This document shows positions 54,331 to 64,000 of a stretch of 64,000 nt of DNA, piece after piece. Below the pieces are notes generated by a model. The model saw only the letters and a list, made by a program, of their open reading frames with translations. It had not been told where the DNA came from and did not search any database. How positions within the stretch are numbered: position 1 is the first letter of the stretch; each line of letters begins with the position of its first letter. The position numbers and the translations under genes were made by a program. The DNA is taken from positions 620,001 to 684,000 of the forward strand of contig QPGO01000021.1 in assembly GCA_008632985.1 (NCBI GenBank), written 5' to 3'. The DNA comes from Psammoneis japonica (Eukaryota).

Positions 54331-57300
54331 CTACAGGACTCGATCAAGTTGTAAATCAGTTTCTTCAAGAGCCAGGTGCAGCCGGTGACACTGTGTTTCG
54401 AGTTTCGCGTGGTGCGATTCTCCCAAATGATGTGCTTTCTTAGCAATCTCCACCCCTTTTTGTTCTGAAACCTGCGCCCGAACTACTCGGGATCCCTGGC
54501 ACATGAAAACCAAGCATCTTGCGGCAAGCCACGCATTGTGAAGTCTCACGCGAGCACGGTCGAGCGTCCGTAGCAAAATATCGACGATATCCATTTGAGC
54601 CCCTTCCGAGCTTTTCACGAACCTCTCCAAAACGGATTCTGCTGACAGTAGAGGGTCGGAGTCAGTATCGGATTGAAATCCAAATGATGTGAGATTTTCC
54701 AGTGCGAATCCCAACGCTTCTAGTGCGCGATTGAACAGATACATCGCTTCGGATTTGTATGCTGGAAAGCCATCGCTACACTTTGTGAATTCCTCCATCC
54801 ACTTGTCTTCTGCATCGATACCAGCACGAATTGTATTCAGGAGGTTACGGTGCAGTCCAACCCTAGTTGTTGAGAATTCTCCAAGAAGCAGTGCACGACT
54901 CATAAGAAGAGCACTTGAGAGCACTGATTTCCGAGCGTTAGCCAGAGTACAGACTCCTTCCATACCACGACGCCTAGAATCTGGAGTATCCGTCTCGAAA
55001 ATACCATGAACAATATTAAGCGCCAGTTCAGACTCTGCTCCCTTATCCAATGCAGCTTCAGAAAGTTCGGACTCAGAGTCCTCATCTAACAACCGTAGGT
55101 ATGAAATGCTTTTTTCGTCGTCTTCAAAATCGGTGTGCTCAAAACGACCCACAACGGCATTTAGAATATCAGTAGAATATATCTGAAATAAGACAGAGTC
55201 GCCCGCAATATGACGCACTTCAGCTACGACTTCCTTCCTATCCTTTGCAATCCACAGTACCAAACGAATCTCGACATTATCAGACGTCAGCACCTCCACA
55301 GAAACCTGCGGAGGGAAACGAGGATGAGTAGGTTGAGAAATTCAAACCACGGGCTGCTATGCTGTGTAGACATAATAATCAACTTACGGGATCACTGAAA
55401 AATTGTGCCTGGAAGCTCAAGACTCGGAAGCACTCATTTAGTCGCGAACGAATGTCACCAAATTCTTCCACCTGAATGTTTCGGGTAAGTTCCAGAGGAT
55501 AGGAATCGAGACGCTCCTTCAGCAAACGCTCCTCCCATCTCGTATCTGGCTGGCCCTCGATTGGAACTAGTTCTGTTGTATCAAGGGACTCGACCTGAAT
55601 GTCTATCTGTTGAAGAGGCCGATTGCGATCTGGCATGCTGTCTTTGAATTCCCGAATGAGTATGACTCTGAGCATTGGAACTCCAAGTGCAAGGTCTTTC
55701 AGAAAGATGGACGGAATCTTATCTGGCACGTTCAAGCCCTTTGCATCGATGACAACCACTGTTTTCTGCTGAAGTAACGCAGCGAAATGTCCCTCCTTAT
55801 TTCGTAGACCCTCGGCGCCTTTGCCATCATTGAACATATCTAATACACGCATGAGAATAACGCCCAAGTCGTCGTCCTCGTTGTCGTGCTTATAGGGAAC
55901 GGGCAACCAGACAAGATGCTCCCTGGGAAAGTATCTTCCGTGGTGAAAACAGGCTGTCTGTACAAGGCTCACCTTCCCGACTCCTGCTGGCCCCACAACG
56001 TGAATGATATGAGGACTCTTGAGTGCTGCTAGAATCTTTCTGACTTCCATCTCCCGTCCTTCAGGATGCCCTTGTGGAAGTGGGACAAGCTTTGAAAGAA
56101 ACGAATATTTCGGTCGACGGGCAAGAGGTTGGTCATCCGAAAAGGGCACATGGTGATTTTCGCCGTCCGGAAGCAGTACGATATTTCCTGCATCATGACG
56201 ACCTTCGGTTGGGAAATCCGGTTCACTCGCGACAAACTGTCGAGCCAATTGAAAGGCATCATCCAGGAGTCTTCCATTCCCCATGGCTTCGTAGAAAGCT
56301 TGCGTGAAACCAACCAATATTCTTTGGTCGATGGCACCTTGACAACATATCACATGGCGAGCACCCATTTGCACAAACGTCTCTCCCGCCGAACGCGAAT
56401 CACATGCTGAAATGAATACAAACTCCAAATTATTCCCGCCAGCGTGAATCCAGTCTTCAAGGTCTCTAGTTAGCATTGGAAGCAATTCTCCAGAGCCGTC
56501 GTCGAGCGCAATGTGAGTGGAGTCGCCGAAGCATGAAATGTGAATCATGTGCCCTTCGTCTTGAACTAGAAACTGTAAAATATTATCTTGCGTAGCTGAC
56601 ACAAAATCAATGTCCACGTTAACTTGGGCATTCACGACAGCTTCTCTCATAATCTCTTCTTCTAGCACCGCAACAATGTTGGGTTTCATGATGAAATCAT
56701 TCACACCGTGCACCGAGACCAAAGGTGACACTTGGAATACTGTAAGCGAAATATCATTGGGCTCCGAGAATGTACTTCCTGGTTCTGTCACCGAGTCACC
56801 ATCAAAAATCTCTTTTGCTCCAACATGAGATTCATCACCTGTCACTTTCAGATGATGGGATGGTCCAGGATTGAGTTTCTGTGCCTCTTTTGAGAATGTA
56901 CTCGTAGTCGTCGTGGGTGAGTCAGACGAAGGAGTGGAGATTTCTTGGACATGCACAAACTCTGTTTCCTGAGGCTTGCACCAGCGTCCAAATTGGTCTG
57001 GGTGCCGACGTCGCAGTCCCAACTTTTCACTAAAGAGAAGCTGGTATAGTCTTTTATTCATGGTTGGGAACCCAGGATAATCCAACAATACTTTACGCCA
57101 CGCCTCTTGCTCCTCTTCTGTCTGATCCTTTGAGTAGTCATAGTTACAATAGGGCGATGTGTTATCAAAATGATACGTACAGTACCAGTGCATCCCATAG
57201 CTTTTTCGAGTCGGAAGTTTCATTGCATACAATGCTTGGGCTCGATCCATGGGTACGCCAAAAGCCATTATGCGTTCAATCCTACGTGCTTCAAAGATGG

Positions 57301-57589
57301 TTAAGATCTTGTCTTCAAAGCTTTCGGCCGCCTGATTTCCAAGTTCATCGCGTACCCTGTTCCATAAATTGACGAGATCATAGACAAGAGCAAGAATGAC
57401 TTTTCGATCGTTGTTGAGAGAGACGGATTTTGGGTCTGCCCGGTCACGTTTGGCTTCGTACAGTTTTTTTGCCCATTCGTCAATGTCCTGAGATCCTTGA
57501 TCGTTAGAGAGTCGTTGTAACGCTTCTAGAATGCGTGGATCATTGTACTGTTGCTTGAGCGCAATCAACTGAGCGAGCGCCCTCTCCAT
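54331..57589 (-). CDS. Multidomain protein: CHAT-like domain + P-loop NTPase + helical (ARM-like) C-terminus; intron 55306-55387
   Basis: IHISCFG, VFISACDS, GARHVIC, FTQAFYEAM and AFQLA are CHAT-like; GREMEV...GPAGVGKVS is Walker A; GT-AG intron joins FSDP|VSVEVL in frame. Confidence 0.75.
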
Positions 57590-57679
57590 GGTTGAAATGA
57601 CTCGCTTACAAAAAATACTTCTGCAAGTTACAAAGCACTCTGAACTCTACTGATTTTTCACGAGCTCGAATTGACTCAC

Positions 57680-58195
57680 GTGAATCTAGAGGGTCCACAG
57701 ATATGCATTGAAAGGATAAAAGAGGGAGGTGCTGAAAAGGAAAAAAGGGATAGGAGAAAGGGAAAGACAGGAGTTTCAAGCTGCAGGATGCGCCATTGTA
57801 TGTTGTCGCAAAAGTTGCTTGTTTTTCTCGAACGTGTATGCGACGCACGAAAGACGCGGTTAACATCCGGGTTTTTCACGACACGACGCATCATGCGCAG
57901 GGGTGTGCCATGCTGCCGCACTCAACCTCATCATTGAGACAGCTCCGCTTCGCCAGAACCCAACACCCCATTGGTTCTTGGACGCCTCCACAGTGCAGCA
58001 GTGAGCAAGGCAGAATGAAACGCAGGGGGGGTGTTTGGCCTTAAATTGAGCATCTCTTGTGTCTGGGTTTGTCGTGGGCAATGCTGCTTGCAACCATGTT
58101 GTGATCGGCTGGCAGCAACTTTTTGGTGTTTCCAGTGAGTGGTGTTGAGAACACAGATGAGCAAAAAAGAGCACCACAAGCAAGAGCAACCATGG
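57680..58195 (+). repeat. Long imperfect direct repeat, copy 1 (copy 2 at ~63205-63720)
   Basis: Colinear shared blocks GAGGGTCC..TTGAAAGGA..AGAAAGGGAAAGA.AGGAGTTTCAAGC, TAACATCCGGGT, TCTCTTGTGTCTGGGTTTGTC and CAAGAGCAACCATG. Confidence 0.8.
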
Positions 58196-61100
58196 AAAAG
58201 CACTGGAAAGTCCAAATCATGGGACAGTGCCAAAATCACAGGGAAACTGTGGTTGCATTTTGGACTTTGCTGTGCTGAAAAGAGAAGATCTCTGAGAGAC
58301 CAGTGCTTGGAGGAGTGCATCACAGTTGTCAATTGTGACATGATCTCTCCTTTTGTGCCAAGATGTCATGTTGTTGCACCTGGCCAACAGCCACTCCTCC
58401 ACCACATGAGAACAGTGGGTCTGAAGGATGATCATCTTTTGTCCTTGTGAAGATTGCAGAGCTTTTTCCTGATCTGATGGTGCCAGTTTTCCAAGAAGAA
58501 GCAGAAATGAAAGACTGTTTGGAGTGTAACAAGCTCAAGCAGCCAGCAGAGATGGAGCCACAGTTGACTCCTCTTCCCTCAAACAACATGTTTGAAAACA
58601 GCACCTGACACAAGTCCATTGGGCACGTGAGAGTGCTTGCAACTGCTTGTCTTTCCTCCCAGAGCATGCTGTTTTTCACATGGAGATTGCCAGTGTCATT
58701 GCTGAGGAGACTCTGAGTGTGAAAATGGGGCACCTGCCACTTGAAAAAGAAGAAAGTGCAAAAACACAAATGGCCAAACTCTCCTTCTTTTGGGGTGCAA
58801 CACTTGTGTCCACAAGGAGGAGTTGGTGGATGTGGTCTGCAAGCCACAGCTGATTTTCTTGCATGTGTTTCTGGCATGTGGAAGGGGCAGCTGCCAATTC
58901 CAGCAACATGGTGTTGTGCACAGGGGCTTTTGTGCAAAAGAATGACCAAGGATGACAATGGCTGCATGCAAGAGGCACCAGCCAGCAGTGCTCAAGTCTT
59001 GCATTTTTCACAATGTAACATCAGAGAGACAAGGGCCAGCAAGGGGGCAGCAGAGTTGTTGTAACATGCAAAGGGCCAGGACATGGCAGTGTGTGTGTGT
59101 TGCAATTTTCTGGGGCTGAGTTTGTGCAAACATGTGTTGTGTGCAATGGCAAGCCATGCCCACCTTGAAATGAGGAGCTGCCAGGTGATGAGGAATGTCA
59201 GCTGTGCCTGGAGTGCTTCAGAGGCACTGTGCTTGGTGCTGGTGAAGGCAGTGGAGCAGACAATCTTGATGAAGACAGGAGGTGTCCAAACACATTGCAA
59301 TGCATGGCCCCAACCTCCTCTGCCCATGAATGCAGCACACGGCCCCAAAGTGTTGCCACTCTGTGAGGACATGCAAAGGCCACTTTGTTTGTGGATTTGA
59401 AGATGAAATCAATGGCAAGACATGTCCTCCTCTGTTGACAACATCCACCACCCACACATGTGGCAGCCCTGGCTTGTTCAATTGAAAGCCATTGATGAGG
59501 ATGAGCTGCCCAAGCTTGTTGCAGATGAAGACATGCTGCTTGCTTCAATTGCAGCTTTGGCTGACATTCTGACATCTCTTGCATGACTCAGAATCTGAAA
59601 GCCAAGCAATCACAGGAAGCTTTTGCTCAAGCATGTTCTTCTGCAGAGTGTCACAGGCATGGCTGAGAAAGCCAGCCAGAGTTCACACAAGCAAGAAGTT
59701 GTGCAAGAAGAGAGGCACTCAACACATGACCAATGCTGGTGCTCTGGACACTCAGCTCTGCTCTTGGAGCCATCACTCCTGCCAACCAACACAATGGCAA
59801 GGAGCATCTGATTTCAACCACAACATTGCTGAAATGTTGGAAAGGCACAGTGCACTCAATGCTCATTGCTGGACTGGGTGTGTGAATGAGTTTGCACCAA
59901 AAAAACATGGAAAAGGTCATGCTGTTTGTGCACACAGCTTTGGCCAAAACAAGGCCTGGGGGAAACAGCTGCCACTTTGAAGTGGTGGAGCAGTGTTGTC
60001 TCATGTCCTTGCAAGCCTTTGCAGTCAGCTTGAAAAGGAAAAAAACCATCAGTGGTCAGGTGAGTCCTTCACTTAAAAAAAAAGATGAAGGATGACATTG
60101 CTCAGTTGCCCAAGACTTTGGGTCNNNNNNNNNNNNNNNNNNNNNNNNNNNNNNNNNNNNNNNNNNNNNNNNNNNNNNNNNNNNNNNNNNNNNNNNNNNN
60201 NNNNNNNNNNNNNNNNNNNNNNNNNNNNNNNNNNNNNNNNNNNNNNNNNNNNNNNNNNNNNNNNNNNNNNNNNNNNNNNNNNNNNNNNNNNNNNNNNNNN
60301 NNNNNNNNNNNNNNNNNNNNNNNNNNNNNNCCATGACCCCCACCCCAAATCTCAGCCTGAGCTCCTTTCTAGCTTCTGACACTCCACAAACATCATGCCA
60401 CCATGCCCAAAGGGATGTCAATCACTCCAGAAATTTTCACGAAGCACCAAACCCTCCAAAAGGTGTTGCCATTGAAGGGCCAAATCCAATCAGATCTCAG
60501 AAAAGCTTTCAGTCACCTCTGCCAATGTTGACTCTGATGTTGGGCTGGGGACACAGCAGACCACAAGATTGTGCTCTGGCTGGTGTCATGCAGCTGCCAC
60601 AAGTGCCAAAGAGCCTGCATTGTCTCCTCACATGCAACACACACCACTTGTATGAGAAGGATTGCTTGAGAGCAATGGCACTTTTTCACAAAAGGAAGCA
60701 ATGGCTGGTGATGCTGTGGGCCAGTGCCAGGAAATGCAAAAGCTTGGGCTCTTCTTGCTCATTCCCAAGGCAGCAAATTGCTCCTGAGCATTTTCCAATC
60801 TAAGCCATCTGTTTGAGCACAGCACAACTGTGTGTGAGTTGGCAATTGGGTGAAATGATGAAGACGGCAACCCACACAACTCTTGTTAAAGAGAGCTTCC
60901 ACTCATGTGTGAATTTTCATTTGACCAAACAATGGCACATTGGGAGAGCTGGGAGATGGAACATGTTGCAGATTGCAAGGCATTGGAAAAGGCATTGCAA
61001 TGCCAACTGAAGAAGCTGGAGCACTGTGGGCAATGGCCAATGCATGCATCATCTGACAAGGTGGCAAAGTTCTGGAAACACCAGCAGAGCCAACACTCTG

Positions 61101-63300
61101 ACCCAACAAATGGCACCAACTTGTGGTGCATGATGCATCCAATGTGTGTGTGGGAGACCCAAGTGCTGGGGATGATGTGAACTGACCACAGCACAGTGCA
61201 TGTTGGGGCATGTGCTTTGCCAAAGCTGGGGAAATGCCACACATCTCTGCAACTGGATTTTTGGCCTTCCTCTTTTCACTGGTCATTGTGATTGTGACCA
61301 GCAGATTCAATTTGCAAAGAGACACTTGAGCTGCAAAAATTTCTTGCTGAGAACAACACATCTGCTGGAGAAGAGAGCACAATTGTAGAGCACCTGCCCC
61401 TTGAACAGGCTGTCTGTGCAATGAAAAATTGGTGCCACAATGGAGCTGCACAAGTGTGATGGCTCAAAAGCACAGCACTGGTGCTGCAATGAATTGGCCA
61501 AATGAAAGAATGCAATGGCAATTCTGATGCTTCCAGTTTAAACGTGCAGCTGTTCAGCAAGCTGTCACCATGAGTCCACGTGAATCAATGTGCGCTGCAG
61601 TTGCTTTGCTGCAGCAGGGTTCATCTGTGATGGAAAAGTTGTCCCAGTGGCTGCTCTAACTTCAAAGATGTCCCCACCCACAGCAGCATTTGTTTGAGCT
61701 TGAAAATGCATCTTATTTTAAACTCATTTTGGTTTGGTGGCTCTCAGCCATGGTGGTTCTTGCATGTGTGTGGCATGGATCTGGTGGGTCACACCAACAC
61801 TGTCTCTGTTGTTGTTTTCCTGGTGATTGATTGGTTGAGTGCAAAATGCTTGCAACATTGTCATGTGCCAAGCTGCCTTGGATGAGACTGCTTGCATTGA
61901 ACACAAAACAAAACATTTGTTCATTCTTCACTTGTGACAACAATGATGTGAAGCTAACGCAGAAGTGCAACAGCAGTGGGCCAGCACTGCACACACACTT
62001 GTCTGACTTTTGCTGGCAAAGTTGAAGCCAAAGCATTGTTGCACACATGGAAGATCAGTTTGACAAGATTGCTTGTCAGCTGCAGTGCAAAACTGGTTCA
62101 GAGTTGTTCAACAATTTCAAAGAGATTGTTTGCACAAAAGGAAAATGGTTGAATGTTGCATCAAGGGAGCAGTCTGTGGGACAAACACACCAGAAGGAGC
62201 ACTTTGGCAAAACAATCTGTGCTCTGCCTTTGCAACACGGCATCATGAGGCCAGATGTGCACCATGCTGCAAAGGCAAGTTTGCCAGTGTGCAAGAAGTC
62301 CTGTTTTTGCAAAACTCCTGTGCTCACATCAACTGCAATGGAAATCTTGTTTCTTTGTGCTGACTGCTCATGTGGCACTGCTCTCCCTGAACTCACAGAG
62401 CAGGAGATGAAAAATGCACTTTTCTGCTTGTTCAGTTGGGCTGGTGGCACAACCCCACTTGCACACACACCCAAGTTTTTGGAGTTGCAAACCTGCATGG
62501 GCAAAATGAGAAAAGATTTTCATCAATGGAAAGAATGAAAAAGATTGCAAGAAAGGATCCACCAGGCCAGCAATGTTGGTGATGGGAGGCAGAAGTGGCA
62601 GCCAGCAGAGCAAGCAAAATGGGTGCAGACAAAGCAAGAGCAGCAAGGGCAAGTGAAAGCTGGCTGAGCAACCCTTGTCTCATTGTCTTTTGGTGCTGAG
62701 GATGTCATGTTTGGGCACAATGTCATGACAATCTGAGTGACAACTCAAGTTGTTTGGGTCCATCAAATCGGCAAAAGGAGCGGAGCATGCTGCCTGTGGT
62801 GGTCATGACAACCATGACAACACATGTGGCTGGGTCTGGTGGTCACAGACATGACAGGAGAGGATGTTGGAGCAGCCATGGTGGTGGCCAAGGAGGCTGC
62901 TGCCACAACAGCACTTGCAGTCATTGTGCATTGTGGCACAGTCACACAGCAACACAGCGGCATGCTGCAAAACAACGGCGGAGGCAGCCCAGCCCGGATG
63001 GCAGCACACGACCAGCACCACTTCAATGGTCAAACTTTTGATGCTCCAGATGTGAGCTGCCACTGTTGTCTTGTTCCTTGAGCACAAGAATCAACTGAGC
63101 AAGTGGGCCCTCTCCATGGCTGCAATTCCTCCACTTGCCAAACAGCCACAAAGGGCAATCTCCTCTGAACTTTGCCAATTTTTTGAAAACTCGAGCTGCC
63201 TCTTTCACGCATTTGGAGGGTCCTTCACAGAAGACGTGTGTTGAAAGGACAAAATGGGGGAGGTGTCGAAAAGGGAAAAAAGGGAGATGAAGAGAAAGGG
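57900..63300. other. CpG/TpA-depleted tract 6, probably transposon-derived
   Basis: Dinucleotide composition; bracketed by direct repeats; weak gag-like segment at 62047-62538. Confidence 0.85.
60125..60330. other. Assembly gap (N run)
   Basis: 206 N characters. Confidence 1.
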
Positions 63301-63720
63301 AAAGAGAGGAGTTTCAAGCCGTGAGCGAGCGAGGTGGATGTGGGCAATGCGGGCATCAATGCGGCGGGCAACGCGGCGCAACGAAAGTCGCTGCAATAAC
63401 ATCCGGGTGTTCATCGCACACTGAATAGCACCAGGGCACATGGCACATGAAACATGAAGCACCAAGTACTTCTAACAACAAGTCAAGTAGGGTAACAAAG
63501 CGACACCTCACTCGAACAAGGCCCGCAACCCGCAACTAACCCTTGAACGCCTCCATAATGCAGTATGCAAGGTAGAACGAAACGTAGGCGAGTTGTTTTG
63601 CCTTGGATTGGACTTCTCTTGTGTCTGGGTTTGTCATGGGCGTTACTGACAGTGTTGTGGTCAACAACTGGCGGTGACTTTTTGATGTCCCCGGCGAGTC
63701 AGCAAGAGCAACCATGCATG
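63205..63720 (+). repeat. Long imperfect direct repeat, copy 2
   Basis: Colinear with 57680-58195. Confidence 0.8.
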
Positions 63721-64000
63721 GATTATACGGATAACCTCTTTCATCTCATTGCCGCCTTGTTGGGTGACATGCCTATACGGGTTCGCCCCAGAAATCGATT
63801 GTGGGGGATGCCTCGATTGCATCGTGACCTACTTCGACTACTCGGGCCTGTTCAAAAATGTCGGTCGCATCTGAAGCGTTCTGCGGGGCAGGGAACCTTA
63901 CGAAACAGGTGGGCCACTGCCCAGAAAAAGCTGCAGGCTCTAAACGTTGCCTGTGAGGTTCAGAACAACAATACCGTAGCGCCCGAGAATACTACTCGAT

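Noticed and set aside
60056..60421. ORFs spanning the X run
   Set aside because: Artefacts of the assembly gap
60900..61300. piggyBac or other DDE transposase remnant (FSFDQTM, GTNLW, GLPLF)
   Set aside because: Motif spacing does not fit and the sequence is too mutated to assign
1..63300. Hundreds of short Cys/His-rich ORFs in the depleted tracts as real genes
   Set aside because: Explained by loss of TAA/TAG; they overlap in all frames, are nearly Tyr-free and show no coherent domains
1..64000. tRNA or rRNA genes
   Set aside because: None recognised by eye; a tRNAscan-SE/Infernal run would be needed to exclude them

Overview
Eukaryotic genomic DNA, most likely from a pennate diatom (inferred from short GT-AG introns, signal peptide + ASAFAP-like plastid presequences, and typical gene families). 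The window alternates between two compartments. (1) Ordinary gene-dense DNA carries about 16 intact genes: fucosyltransferase-like GT-B proteins (one with four tandem domains), an LRR membrane protein with 72-nt exons, a syntaxin, a plastid cyclophilin, a SLIP-GC/NUGGC-like GTPase, a DAGL-like lipase, a Ser/Thr kinase and a CHAT + P-loop protein. (2) Six tracts of 1.3-5.5 kb (~1-1340, ~14500-18180, ~20400-23330, ~32680-36900, ~46600-51640, ~57900-63300) are almost free of BOTH CpG and TpA and are saturated with TpG/CpA. A local duplication acts as an internal control: the lipase copy inside a tract differs from the intact copy by systematic CG->TG/CA and TA->TG/CA changes. This points to a regional two-dinucleotide hypermutation process. 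It differs from plain 5mC decay and from fungal RIP, which both fail to remove TpA. It is the most striking signal here. There is also a MITE, a foldback, long direct repeats and one assembly gap. All alignments and counts were done by eye, and tract boundaries are approximate.
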